Assembly (NCBI RefSeq): GCF_001194135.2
Contig: NC_068987.1
Location: 72,345,681 to 72,401,853 of the forward strand
Origin: Octopus bimaculoides
Taxonomy: Eukaryota
Direction: 5' to 3'
Length of the DNA stretch: 56,173 nucleotides
Every line of letters begins with the position of its first letter. Within the stretch, counting starts at the first letter, position 1. The position numbers and the translations under genes are program-made. The notes under the pieces were generated by a model. That model was given only the letters and a program-made list of their open reading frames with translations, made no database searches and was not told the DNA's origin. Below are positions 11,912 to 25,377 of the stretch, one piece after another.

Positions 11912-13134
11912 TTAATTATCTAGCTATTATAAGTATAACCTGATCACATAACTACACTTAATGGTTCATGGTGTAATTACTCAAATTATGGTGATTTTAC
12001 TTTCAATGAAATCAATCAATAACAGTTGGTGACATCTGCTTGTAGTAGGAGTGGGTTTGACCAACAGAGCAGAGAAATAACAATATTGTACTTGGTGGAC
12101 TGGCATCAACATGTATGGTTTCTTTTTCTGACTTCATCAAGTAAATATTTCTGCTTACAAAGCAAACAATCATGACCAGATAAAATCAAGGGCTTGTGGC
12201 TGGGCCATTTTAGCAGCATTGTACACCCCCCATACCACTACCACCACCACTACCACCAGGTAAAGCAATGCACTGGGGCTACCTGAGTATGCAACCCCAG
12301 CATGCATAGATCAGCAATAGGCTTCCTAAATACATGGGACTTCTAAGTAACTGCCCAGTGTTCACATACTTTAAGATGACAATGAGTGCTCCTCTCTGAT
12401 ATTTTTCCTTAATTTCTCAAACATTTCAGCATCTTCCTAGGTGGACATTCTAAGTTAAGCTAAATCTGCAATGTGAGCAAGAAATGCCTCTTCTGGTTAT
12501 GTGACCAAACTATGTAATCAACTATAGTCCAAGACAGCCAATTTGTAAGAGAACAATACAGGCAACTAAACTGACATCAATGAATGGTGGATATTTTCTT
12601 TTATCAATTTTGGAGTGAATAAATATGAAGTTAAACCCAGCAGGATTGAATCCAGGACATTAAAGATCAAAACCTAAATACCATATTACCATTTCAATCA
12701 ATACAATGTTACAAAAAAAAAATCAATGATGATAATAATTTCTTGCATAGCTACATCATTTAACATTCATTTACCATGCTGGCATGGGTTGGATGGCTTG
12801 GCAGGTGCTGGTAAAGCCAGGAGCCATACCAAGCTCTATTTGTCTGTTTGGGCAGGGTTTCTACAGCTGGATGCCCTTCCTAATGCCAACCACTTTACAG
12901 AATGTACTGGGTGCTTTTTACATGGCACCTGCACAGGCCAGAAATTTAGGGAGAGGGAATCAGTTGATTATATTGAGTTCAGTTAGGGGACTTTATTTTA
13001 TTGACTCTGAAAGGATGAAAGGCAAAGCTGAACTCATATTAAAAGTCAGAACGAAAAGAGCCTTAACAAAATACCTCAAGGTATTTTACCCAGCACTTAA
13101 AGACAATAACTTAAATAATAATAATAATAATAAT

Positions 13135-13349
13135 AATCCTTTCTACTAAAGGTACAAGGCCTGAAAATTTCAGGGAGGGTACTAGTTGATTACATCGATC
13201 CCAGTGTTTCCCTGGTGCCCTTTTTATCGACACCAAAAGGATGAAAGACAAAGTCAATCTCGGCAGAATTTGAACTCAGAACATAGCAATGAAAGAAGTA
13301 TCACAAAACATTTCATCCAGCATGCTAATAATTCTGCCAGTTCACCACC

Positions 13350-13352
<3 letters not shown>
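13135..13352 (-). mobile_element. tRNA-derived SINE, probable Meta/MESC-domain family, bounded by (AAT)n
   Basis: Core ..gtcgactttgcctttcatcctttcggggtcgataaaataagtaccagt.. on the sense strand. Other copies near 12945-13090, 20545-20700, 21585-21802, 23725-23942, 33690-33870, 34180-34385, 34413-34628, 43660-43900, 50655-51300 (three tandem, +), 54945-55100. Family name is from memory. Confidence 0.75.

Positions 13353-13405
<53 letters not shown>
13353..13405. repeat. (AAT)n microsatellite
   Basis: Direct reading. Confidence 0.95.
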
Positions 13406-13407
<2 letters not shown>

Positions 13408-13428
13408 ATTGGAAATAAAGCTTTAAAT

Positions 13429-13667
13429 CAGTAGTTCTCAACCATTTTTTTGCCTATGGACCCCTTTGATTCCTATTTTACTGGATCCCCACGTTAAAAA
13501 TTATCCTATTATATTTTTATAATTAAATATTATTAGAAATTGTATAATAAAATTGTTAAAATATTTTGTGTATTGTAGATGTATGACCAATTTATTGTTC
13601 ATAAATTTTAACAAAATCTTATATGGACCCCGCCAAGGGCCATATAGACCCTGGTTGAGAACCACTG
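13429..13667. mobile_element. hAT (Charlie-like) MITE
   Basis: TIR cagtagttctcaacc / ggttgagaaccactg; same family as 1798-2049; TSD degenerate (5/8). Confidence 0.85.
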
Positions 13668-15188
13668 ATGTAAACAGTAACCCCAGGAAAGCAAAGTGAA
13701 AACATTATTATTAAACATCAGAAAACAAAACCTGTATAATAGGTACTACATTATTTCAATGTTAATTTGCTCTCTAATTATAATACATACAGCTTAAAAT
13801 AAGACTAACGAGAAGACTCATCATTCAAACTGAGTGTCACTTTGTAACAATGGGAAATTATTGATGTCCCTAAAACACATCAATGTCTAAAATACTTTTA
13901 TCTATTAATTAGTTCTATTTCATAAATGACAGCGAACTGGTTGAGTTGTTAAGAGTGTGAGATAGTTAACCTTGTGAAATTTGTTCCAGTTCTCTGCACT
14001 TCAAGTTCAAATGCTATCTAGGTCAACTTTCACCCTCTTGGCCTACTTCTTCTGACACCATCCCTCTATTTCTTTTCACCCTCTTGACCATGTTTCCTTT
14101 ACTGCACGGTGACAACACAGAGCAGTGAGGACTTTTTATTCTTGTGGAATACAAGATGGCTTCACTATTGTCAATATCATGGTTAAATATATCTGGTTAG
14201 TACATGCTTCTAAGTGGTTGGTGTCACGAAGGGCACTCATCTATAATAACCTTGCCAAAATGTAATGTACATCCAAGACATGGCCATTTGATCTGTCTAC
14301 TGTGTAGTAGTATCAGTCAGGGTAAGTACTGAGTGGTACTACTACAACATGTCCAATACATGACAGCATGGAAAGCAAACATCACTTGTTATGATGTTGA
14401 TGATGTAGTGGTGATGATGACGATGATACTGATGATGGTGTGCAGAAATTAGTGCACAAAAAGTAAAGTCAATTTGCATTGTTAAAACTGTGCTTAAATG
14501 TTTCTTGAATTAGAAAGTAATTAATTGGCAGTTCATTAGTAAAATAATTAGCTCAGGCAGTAAGAAGTATCTTTGGCTAACCACATAGCCAATAAATAGA
14601 TAAAAATAAACATAATAATAATAATAATAAAAATGATAATCACAGACATAGCTATGTAGTGAAGAAATTCAGTTCACAACCATGTGGTTTCAGGTTCAAT
14701 TTCACTCCATGGTATCCTGGGCCACACAGTGAAACTGAATCCACTGTACAACACAGGATTGATTAATGTTTTTGAGAAGAATTTGGTCAACAGAAACTGT
14801 GCGGAAGTCCTCCATGTGTGGGCATAAACTATGAAGATGGCCAAGAGCTATATATAATTTTAAATCTGGAAATGATTTTATTAGTTACAAAATTATTCCC
14901 ATGATCCCTTGCTACCTATTACAAAACACAGCAACAAAACACCATTATCATCTCTTTAGTCAAAAGATGAGACCAAAATGGTTTTGAAACATTACTGGAC
15001 TTAGAAACATTATTATTTGAAAGTAAATTTATTAATAAATATGAAAAGTAAAACTGTGGTTATCCATACATTGCTTAGTAAAATCACGGTCATCCATACA
15101 TACAGGCATGACCTTTATAGGTGCCAGTACCATGTAAAATGTACTTGTACCGATGCTGCATATATGCACCTGTGCTGGCGGTACTCAA

Positions 15189-15406
15189 CCCTTTAGCATT
15201 CAGATTATTCTGTCAAGTGTAATGTTTATTTATTTACATTGTTTTGAATTAAGCACACATTATCTTATAGCTTTGAGATATTGATGATGTGGATGTCTAT
15301 TTTAAAAATAACATTGCAAAGAAAATCTGAGGCCAGATCTAGCCAGTTTGAATACAAAACAGGTATAATATTTTAGCCAGATATGGCCGGTTTAAACACT
15401 TAAGGG
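15189..15406. mobile_element. piggyBac-type MITE
   Basis: ccctttagc...taaggg ends with TTAA-like flanks (tcaa/ttga); homologous to 17740-17960 and 27965-28185. Confidence 0.75.
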
Positions 15407-15409
15407 TTG

Positions 15410-15580
15410 AAAAGCACCCAGCACACTCTGTAAAGTGGTTGGCATTAGGAAGGGCATCCAGCTGTAGAAACCATGCCACAACAGACAATTGGAGTCTGGA
15501 CAGCTCCCTGGCTAGCCAGCTCCTTTCAAACTGTCCAACCCATGCCAGCATGGAAAACAACTGTTAAATGCAGATGATGA
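15410..15580 (+). mobile_element. RTE LINE 3' end
   Basis: gtggttggcattaggaagggcatccagctgtagaaac...ccaacccatgccagcatggaaa..gatgatgatga. Other copies near 100-300, 8320-8480, 12760-12940, 20270-20540, 21000-21215, 28700-28900, 37985-38110, 42575-42870, 52900-53140. Confidence 0.75.
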
Positions 15581-16439
15581 TGAAAAATCTTCAAGAAAAA
15601 CATTAAATTCAAACATAGTTTGAGTTTAACATTAGTGTCCTCGAATATAAATGTATGTGTGTGTTTCTGAGTCAGGATTTGTGTATACTGGTGTAAACTG
15701 ATTATGCTGCATCTCATTATATAAACAGTAATTTAGTCATATGATAGCAGAAAGATTGCTAAGATAAGTATCAAACTGAAATAAGTACTGGGATTTAATG
15801 TGGTCAACTAAAATCCCATGGAAAGTGCCACAGCATGGCTGTAGTCCAACAACTGTAACCAGCAAAAGAATAAAGGAATGATAATGACAACGATAAAATA
15901 AAACCCTGTCTAAATATAGCTCGGTTTATTTCTAGTATTTGTGTAGCCAAATTATTCAACCTAGACATCCATTATTTAGGCCAGCCACACTAAGACTATG
16001 TAACAAACTATCATTGATGAACTGGTTAATTATATACAGATATCTCCTAAATAGTAATCTTTTAAGTACAGTAAATCTAGACAAGTAATGTGGTGTCTGT
16101 TGATGATTCTACTGCAGACATGACAGTCTTGTTTTGGACAGGTGAGTTAAAATTACAAACACCACAGGTATCATCAATTAAAAATCCAGACAAACCAGCA
16201 AGAGGAATGCTATGTAGCTACTGTTTAACCCTAGGTCAGTCCTGACAGAACAGACCACCAATAGTCAGAGGTTTTCTAGCCCTGACCATCTTGTTTTGTT
16301 TCCTAAGCACAGAAAATTTTTTATGGAATTCTGTAAAAGATGGTAGCCATCATTATCATTATTATTATCATCATTTTGTATATCTATTTATTCTATGTGT
16401 GCAGGGATTGGACGAGACCTCTCCAACACAGCATCTCAC

Positions 16440-16760
16440 AGCTTAGGGTAAAGACCCCTTTTGGTCATGAATAACCATGGGATTGCACCTAGAAAGCTAC
16501 CCTGAGGCACAAGTCCAGGCAAGATTGTTTATGGAAGACCAGCAATCACCCACCTCCACACCACCAAGGGAAAGGCAAAGGCCGATACAGCTTGGCACCA
16601 GTAGTGTCACAACTCATTTCTACAGCTTAGTGAACTGGAACAACATAAAATAAAGTGTCTTGCTCAAGAACACAACACAAAGTCTGGTCCAGGAATCAAA
16701 CTCACTACCTCATGACTGTGAGCCCAATGATCTAATCACTGAGCCATGCACCTTCACCCC
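16440..16760 (-). mobile_element. tRNA-headed SINE, third family
   Basis: Reverse-complement match to 28380-28695. Confidence 0.7.
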
Positions 16761-17739
16761 ACAACTTATTGCATTACTTTGTCATCTGCTTCCTGGGGCT
16801 CAGCATCCTGTTCTCAGCTCTCTTTATTTCTGCTCATGTCTTCTTTGGTTTTTCTCTTCTCCATGCATCTCCTGGCACTTTCTCACTTACTTGTAGTACT
16901 GTCAACTCATGTCAGGTATATCCGTTGACCACATTATCCAATGGGACCTTTTTGACTTTTTTTGTTCTAAGATCACAGTTTGGTTTGAGGGAGAATTTAA
17001 ATTTAGCTGCTGTTTTTAGCAAGTTATATGATAATGTAGAGCTTCCTTCCATCATCATCATCATTCAGTTGCCCATGCTCCAAGATGGCGTGTGCTGGAC
17101 TAACATCTGCTTTTCCATACTTGCATAGGCCAGATGGAATTTGTTGTGGCAGGTTTTCTACAGCTGGATAACCTTTCCTGTTGCCAACCTTCACTTGTTT
17201 CTAAGCAAGGTAATATTCCCCCAAAACCAGACTTGTTTTTTATGGAAGACTGGAAACAAACACTGCTTGTATGACAGTGATGCTCATTTACAACCATGAT
17301 AGCAAGACAAAGGTACACATAAACAGAAAGGCACACACACACATACACACATGTATACATACATACCCTTCTTTCAGTTTCTCTGTACCACATCAACTCA
17401 CAAGGTTTTGATCAGTTTGGGGCTTCAGTTGGAGACACTTGCCCAAATTGTTGTGGCCACATGGTTTGGAAACAAACTTCTTAACCACACAACCATTCTG
17501 CACCATTGTGTAATGCAAATATCTTATAAACCCTGAAGGGTTGAAAGTGCTTATCTTTAGTTTCATGACTTTAAGCAGATGAAAGATAAATCACTCCTAG
17601 GATAGGACACCAGTCTGTTGTAAGAATGTAGCAGACAGAAAGGTGCAGTGAGGTTAGTAGAATTAAGAGGCACTTCCTAAATACTCAAGGAAGTGCTTAC
17701 AGCAAATTTAAACTTAGCTCCTATGAACTGGTATTTTAA

Positions 17740-17960
17740 CCCTTTAACATTCAGATTATTGTCAAATGTAATGTTTATTTATTCATATTGCTTTGAATTA
17801 ATCCTGCATTGTCTCATAGTTTCGAGATTTCAATGGTGTGATTGTTTATTTTTAGAATGATATTGTAGGGCATGTGTAAGAGGCCAGATTTGGCTGGTTT
17901 TAACATAAAATATGAAGAATATTCTGGCCAGATATGATGGCCAGTTTAAATACTAAATGG
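17740..17960. mobile_element. piggyBac-type MITE
   Basis: TTAA|ccct...atgg|TTAA; aligns with 15189-15406. Confidence 0.8.
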
Positions 17961-18305
17961 TTAATACACAATGGAATGCTTGCAGTCATTCTTCAGAGAT
18001 AGACAACCTGGGCTACTGAGATAATAATTATCCTTTCTAAGTTGATATTTCAGAAAATAATTTCTGAAACCTTAATTCAAATTCTTGAAACTTTAATTTA
18101 TTAATTTTTTTTAAATATAAAATTCTTCAGATCTTTTAAACTAGAAAAATATTAGTTTATAAGTCCCATTTTCTTTTAACACTTTTAAAATTTTCTTTTT
18201 AATCTGGATCCAAATCAAAATTTAGAAAAATCTTAATGAAACTATAACAGAACATAGAAATTGCATATATCATTTATTCTATGATTCAAATGATTTTCTT
18301 TTAAC

Positions 18306-18365
18306 CATTCCAAAATACAACAAAAGTCCATTTTATCTATTATGCGTCCAAATCCTGCCCAGTTA
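18306..18365 (-). CDS. Candidate 60-nt exon (SNWAGFGRIIDKMDFCCILEW)
   Basis: cactgttttatag acceptor, tg|gttaaa donor (weak), phase 2-2, compatible with the 24826 donor. Confidence 0.22.
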
Positions 18366-19120
18366 CTATAAAACAGTGACACTTCTGTCAGTTCTGACTG
18401 ATAGTAAGTCAATTGAATAAAAGACCCAATGAAACATAGTTCCCTTGATCTAATCAGAAGATCATCTGCCACTAACACAATAAGCATGATGAATGACTAT
18501 TTGAATAATTAATGAATTCAGGATTAGAACATTTTAAGTACAAAAATAGGTGTAAATTAAAAATGAATGAAACTATGTGGTCACTTAGTATGCTAAGAAC
18601 AATAGCCAAAACTCCCTTTATTTACATTCTGCCATATTACAGAAACGTAAAGATACATTTGTGTAACATGGTTTTTGAAATTCTGTGTCTGAGAAAACAG
18701 GGCTCTGGTTAAAGCTATGATTAATTTTAACCACGGGTCATTGAGATCAAACTTAACCTGGAGTTAAACAACATCAAATGAGACATATACAGCAAACACA
18801 TGTTCATTACATTTTTTGGTATATTATAACTAAAGCTACAACACTTTCTCTCACTTCTTCACTTTCAGATGAAGAGAAAAACTCTAAAATTTTACTTTCC
18901 TTATTTCTTGTATCAATTAAACTTAATGAACTCTCCTACAAACTCTTTTGTGAACTAATTATTGCTAACACAAACCAGCACCAGTTCCCTTAGATTCTGG
19001 ATTTTACCATCTTTTCATTTAAATACTTTATTTTAGCTATGCTCCTTCCTTGATATATATTCGGAACAGATATGGCCAGTTTAAATGCTCAAGGGCTAAT
19101 GTAATCTATCTGCAAGTGCA

Positions 19121-19228
19121 AACTTATGTGAGTCAGAGTGGATGTTCCAGCGCATCTGCCTTGCCATCCTGCAGGGCAATGCTTTTTCCATTTTGTCTGC
19201 TGGAACCATGAGGTGGTTTGAATTTTAG
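19121..19228 (+). pseudogene. CRE-like non-LTR retrotransposon C-terminal fragment
   Basis: EWMFQRICLAILQGNAFSILSAG resembles the FQRLSIAIQRGNA.SIL motif ending restriction-like-endonuclease ORFs. Confidence 0.5.
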
Positions 19229-19317
19229 GAAATTTTACACTCCACTCCATAATGTAAGGTTATTCCATATAATGTATTCTAAGAAATTACATTTACCATT
19301 CTTTTATTTTCATAATT

Positions 19318-19370
<53 letters not shown>

Positions 19371-22281
19371 ACGTGTGTATATATACATAGAGAGAGAGAC
19401 AGACAGACAGAGAGTGTGAAGAGGAAGAAGAAAGAATTATTTTATTAAAGTAATCCTCAGGCAAAATTAGTGAGGTAGAGTGTATGACAAGCCTGGTCCT
19501 TCAAATTACAGGTACATAGTCTTGTGTGTATAGAATATCTACAGTAATATGTAATATATATGACATATAGTCATATATAGTAATATATATAGTAATATAT
19601 ATTACTATATATTACAAATATAGAAATTTATATGAAGTACCATACATGAAAGCATTCTTAAAGAAATATTTAGTTTAGGAAATCCTAGATAAGCTGGCAT
19701 CTCAAAGATTATAGAGCCACTAGACTAAATTTAGCAAAATAGATAAATACAAATTAAGGCCAAGTGTCAACATAATCAGTTTATTATTATAATCTCTTTA
19801 ATTCAAAAATACACAGTTAGACCAACAGATAGCAAACTGGAAGTATGTCAACAATGTAAACATAGCACTGTTGTCGTTGCTGCTATTGGAGACCAGAGTA
19901 ACATTAAAACATGTTCAGGGTTGTCTTCCACACTTACCAGAAAAATGAAAATATTTGTCAATGGCTAATTAAAAATATTTTTCTTCACAAGTTTATTTTT
20001 AGTTCATTTTAAACTTTTAACTGCTCCATATGTTAAATCACTTAACACTAACTATTAGTCAACTGGAAACTATGGTAGAAGACACTGGCCCAAGGTGGTA
20101 TGTTGTTGGATTAAGCCTGGAATCACATGATTGTGAATCCAATCTTTAAACCACACAGCTAAGACATTTTGCTTCACATCTATATCTCCTAATATTACTT
20201 TGTAACCAAAGGCAGAATCATTATCATGCCAGGCAAAATGCTGAATGGTATTTCGGCCATTGCTACATTCATCATCCTCATCATCATTTAACGTCTATTT
20301 TCCTTGCTGGCATGGGTTGGATGGTTTGACTGAGGTCTGGAGAGCCAGTGGCTGTGTCAGGCTCCGGTCTGATCTGGTAATGTTTCTACAACTGGACACC
20401 CTTCCTAAGGCCAACCACTCCAAGAGTGCAGTGGATGCTTTTTACGTGCCACTGGCACAGGAGCCAGTCAGGCGGTCCTGGCACCGATCACATTCGGATA
20501 GTGCTCTTTATGTGTCACTGGCACAGGAGCCAGTCAGGGGGCACTGGAATTCTGAATTCAAATTCTGCCGAGGTCAACTTTACCTTTCATCCTTTCAAGG
20601 TTGAAAAATAAGTGTCAGTTGAGCATTGGGGTCAATGTAATCAACTAACCCCCTCCCCTGAACTTGCTGGTCTCATGCCAAAATTTGAAACTAATATTAC
20701 ATTGTAACCAGGAGCAAGTTTATAAAAACCTTTGACATGACCCACTTGTCTGTACTCTCTCTTCTGCTCATCTTCTTGTACTTTGACAATTTGCTTTGGC
20801 ACTCCATCACTACCTTCTTTTATCTCCTTCCCACCCCTATATAACATGGGATAGCAATAGATCTCTGCAACAGCAAGTCACATGTACCTGTCCCCTCAGT
20901 CATACTATAGCCTTTCAAAACCTCTCTCTCAAATACTCAACTTAGTAGCAAAATGTTTTTCTTTTTTTTTCACCCTCTGTTCCTTTTCTGTCTTGCAAAT
21001 TACTTAGCAACTTCACTTGTGCTGATGGCATGAAAAAAAACAAAAACACCCAGTACACACTGTAAAGCAGTTGGCATTAAGAATCACATCCAGCTGTAGA
21101 GATCATGCCAAAGCAGATAATGGACTTCAGCACAGCCCCACTACTCACTGGACCCAGTCAAACTTTCCAACCCATGCCAACATAGAAAACAGATGTTAAA
21201 TGATGATGATGACAACGATGACTACATTTAATTGATCTTTGAAGTTTTCTGAAGACTTATGTCATACAAAAAATGTTATAAAAATATTCATCAATTTTTG
21301 TTCAGTTTATTCATTTATTTATTTATATATTGTATCTATTTATATGCAGTTAATTCATGACTTAAAATATTCAATTTTAGATTCTAAATTTGTGAAATGG
21401 AGATACTCTAATATAACAAAATTTCACAGGAGTATGTAAATTAGGAATTGATATTCAAATGGATATCAAAATTCAATTAGAGAAAAACATTTTCATTTTT
21501 CTATTTGGTTTGCAAAATTCTTGATGTGATCTCATGTATTGGAACAGATTTTGTTGCGTCTCAAGAGGGTCATTATGCTAATAATAGTTTCAAATTTTGG
21601 CACAAGGCCAGCAGGTTTGGGAGAGCAGGTATGTTGACTATATCAACCCCAGTGCTCAACTGGTACTTATTTTATTGACCCCCAAAAGAATGAAAGGCAA
21701 GGTTGACCTCAGTGGAATTTGAACTCAGAACATAAAGATGGACAAAATGCTGCTAAATATTTTGCTCAGAGTGCAAATGATTCTGCCAGTTTGCCACCTT
21801 AAATTATGCTTATAATTAACACACACATTTGTTTGATTCCACTTCTTTATTATTATTCGTCAATTGGTTAGCTATTAAACTAACTAATCAATTGTTTGAC
21901 TAATCATTTCATCAATCAATCATTCAGTTACATTTGTCAAAGAGTTTTTGTCACCTTTCATGACCTCTTCAATGACATACCCTCTCTACTCCAGGTCAGC
22001 TTCAGATTTTAGCAAACAAACCTGATTGATTGATTGATTAACTAAATGATTAATCAAACGATCAATTAGGTAGTTGGTTGACGAATTACAATAAAGAAAG
22101 GAAACTGAAACAGTGCATGTGCGTTAGCATAATGATCCTTCCAATTAAAAGATTGTTTTACAGAAATTATTAGTGATTTTTATTTGGATCTCAGTTTTAA
22201 AAATGCCTATATTGAATTTTTATTTACATGTGAAGCAGAAAATAATTGTTTCTGCATATTTCTATGTCTACATGTCTGAGA

Positions 22282-22336
22282 TTAACAAGATTATAAATGG
22301 TTAACAAGATTATAAATGGTTAACAAGATTATAAAT
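22282..22336. repeat. 19-bp tandem repeat, about 2.9 copies
   Basis: ttaacaagattataaatgg repeated perfectly. Confidence 0.95.
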
Positions 22337-22853
22337 TTTTGTAAATTGTTAATCTCATCCTTGCAGATGAAAGATTTTTATCTATATTTACTTAGATAGT
22401 GAAATATGCATATAACCACAAGATTAGGTTAATTTAATCCTATTTTTCATCTCCAGTTTTAATTATGAAAATATTCTAATTTTATCAAATATTAAATATA
22501 AAGAGAGAGGGGAAATAAAAAAAGATATCTAGAAATAAACTTTAGTTAAAATATCTACTCTGACCTAAAACATTTTACTGGAATGTACTCAGAGTACTTA
22601 TCAAAATCCCTGCCTCAACTTCATTGGGATTTTGTTAAAATTTTAAAACTGAATAGTTAATATTCTCAATTTTAAGGGGATTATAATAAGGAAATGATTA
22701 TAGTGATTATTAGGAGAAAGTTACTAAATCTGTTTTATATCCTCTTGTCTTTTATCATTGTATGATAACTACATAGATTGTATTGTTTCCTGGTTAATTT
22801 CTTTTTTTAAATCAAAATTAACTAACATGTCCTAATATTACTTAGCTAATTAA

Positions 22854-23355
22854 CCCTCAAACAGCAGACATTATCAAATGGTATTTTACTAGAGAACAGT
22901 AGACATTAGCAACTGATGTTTCAAACATTTTACGTGGATACACCGGTTGTCAATCGATGCCCATGTGTCTACTTCATCAAATGCACCTAAACATGCGTGG
23001 CCCTTATTGAAAGGAGAAATCAAATAGCAAATGGAATATTTACACACCAATGAAGGAGACTTTTGTGACTTTCCATCATTATCATCAGATGATAATAATG
23101 ATACTCTGGATAGCACAGAAGAAAGTGATGCTTCAACTAGCTCTGGGTGGAATAAAGTTAACCAATATTTCTTTTCTCCATTTGTACATTCAACAACAAT
23201 GTGAGAATCTCAAATGAATTAATACTCAAATGATTTTATTGCCTATTTGTCTTTATTTTTATAACCTAAAAGAGTTAAAATATCATTTCTATATTTTTTG
23301 TTTTGTTGCCCATTTGGTACATGCATTCACGCAAGTTTTTCCTGCCATTTAAGAG
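22854..23355 (+). mobile_element. piggyBac-like deletion derivative
   Basis: TTAA on both sides; TIRs ccctcaaacagcag / ctgccatttaagag; short acidic ORF at 23031-23204 (MEYLHTNEGDFCDFPSLSSDDNNDTLDSTEESDASTSSGW..) like a piggyBac transposase N-terminus. Confidence 0.6.
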
Positions 23356-23504
23356 TTAAATATTGTAAATGAAAAAAATAACCAAATAGTTTATTTTAGT
23401 ACCAGCATGCAGAGCTTGAATTCAGATCTACAGCAAGCATTTTGTAATGCATTTGAACATGAATACATACAAGATCTCCTAGGAATATCACCTGCAAAAG
23501 ATTA

Positions 23505-23939
23505 GAGATGGGCTACTCATCCTGAAGAAAATTCTAACTGGGCTCCACCTGCAAGGTCATGCACTGCTTATCTTGATATGAGATCACCATGTTGCACACA
23601 CATGGTTGTGATGCATGTGCTTGGTAAAATTTTATCAGACAGGTAGTCATGATGGGTATACTGGGCTTCGCATATTCTACTCGTGTCACTTTGATAGCAT
23701 GCACTACTCTCTCACTCAATAATAATCCTTTCTACTGTAGGCATAAGGCCTGAAATTTGGGGTAAAGGGATTAAGTTAATTACATCAACCCCAGTGCGCA
23801 ACTGGTACTTATTTAATTCACCCCGAAAGGATGAAAGGCAAAATCAACCTTGGTGGAATTTGAACTCAGAACGTAGTGACAAACAAAATACAACTAAGCA
23901 TTTTACCTGGCGTGCCAACGATTCTGCCAGCTTGTCACC

Positions 23940-23980
<41 letters not shown>

Positions 23981-24430
23981 TATAACAATAAATATTCTGA
24001 TTGTCAGTTACTTGATCTTAAGCAGTTGAGCATGTCCTTTAGAGGCTGACAATATATGCATTTCTGATCATGAGCAGGAGTAGTGGGGGAGCATCAGAGT
24101 CATGTGGAATTCTTTGGGGTTTGAATATTTCACCTCTGGAAACATGGTTGTTTCATTCATCATTCTTAAACAAACCTTACTCAGGGATCTTTTGAGCGGG
24201 ATGGGCTACTCAACCTGAAGAAAATACTAACTGGGCCCCACCTGCAAGGTCTTGAGCTGTCTATCTTGGTATAAGGTCATAATGTCACACACATATGGTT
24301 GTGATGCATGTGCCTGTTGTACCCTTATCAGAAGTGTAATCATGATGGGTATATTAGGCTTCGCATATTTGTACCTCAGTGTCACTTTGATGGCATGCAG
24401 TGCTCTCTCACTCAATAATTATAATAATAA
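23505..24430. repeat. Two copies of an unclassified interspersed repeat ending in (AAT)n, separated by a SINE
   Basis: 23505-23725 aligns with 24200-24425; the upstream part (23995-24130) recurs at about 52140-52290. Confidence 0.75.
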
Positions 24431-24825
24431 TAATATGCTAACTAAAATGGTTTAATTTTATGCTAATTTGTACATTTGCATCATATAGAATATCTTATGT
24501 TAACTGAGCACCACAAAAGAGGAATATAAAATTGGTTTTGTAACAAAGACATAGACAAGCAGAGTTATGCATGCTTTTTTAGGCATGTGGTTAGAACACA
24601 TTGTAATGTGGTTAGAACACATTGTACAAGAATAATGAGGTCCTTGCAATTTAACTACCAGCATCTGGATAATATTAAACATCAGATGATAGTAAACGAT
24701 ATGGAAATAATGTGAAGAAGAAAACAAATCAGAATATTTATTCAGCAAGGTTAATTAGATATAGCTTATTCTATATTAGGACTATTGTGTCACTAAAGAC
24801 TGGGTTGCCGGGTTTATAATAATAC

Positions 24826-24868
24826 CTGTTGAATCTCTCTATGTCTTCCTTAACAACCCTTGGGTCTC
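24826..24868 (-). CDS. Candidate 43-nt exon (GDPRVVKEDIERFN)
   Basis: tttttttttaccttag acceptor, cag|gtatta donor, phase 1-2. Confidence 0.35.
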
Positions 24869-25377
24869 CTAAGGTAAAAAAAAAAGCATTTTTTTTCTTA
24901 TCAGACACTGTGAGTGAGAAACATCATTAATCTTAAATAAAGGGATATATGTATGTGTGTGCGTTTGTGTGTATACACACACACACAAACACACACCCCT
25001 AGATAGGAGTACTTTAGTTTTGCAAGTTACGTTGTCATGTCACAAAAAATTCAAGCCTTGTCTTGCCCTTGGACATGATTAGTGGCATGGAGAAGGAGAG
25101 ACCTGTGTGCATAGGCAACAGCTAGTCTTCTACAGAAAAAAACCCCAGAAACATTCCCTCAGATCTGCACATTGCAGGCAAACATTTTAAGCAAGGAACC
25201 TCAAGGCATGTGATGACTAAGGAGAAACCATACATACATACATATATATATATATATAGAAAGAGAGAGAGAGAGAGAGAGACAGACAGAAAGACAGAGC
25301 AAGAGAGACAGACAGATCATAAAAAAGAGGTAAACGGCAGTAATTGTCAACACACAAAAACATGAAAGCTACCCTAC

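Noticed and set aside
12214-12259. Pro-rich mini-exon QHCTPPIPLPPPLPP with cag|gtaaag donor
   Set aside because: Mostly a (CCA/CTA)n repeat, and its phase does not link to neighbouring candidates.
20641-20847. 68-aa minus-strand ORF
   Set aside because: Purine-rich low-complexity sequence between SINE and RTE pieces, with no splice signals or recognisable motif.
22282-22336. Short direct repeats as a possible CRISPR array
   Set aside because: No spacers, and the context is eukaryotic.
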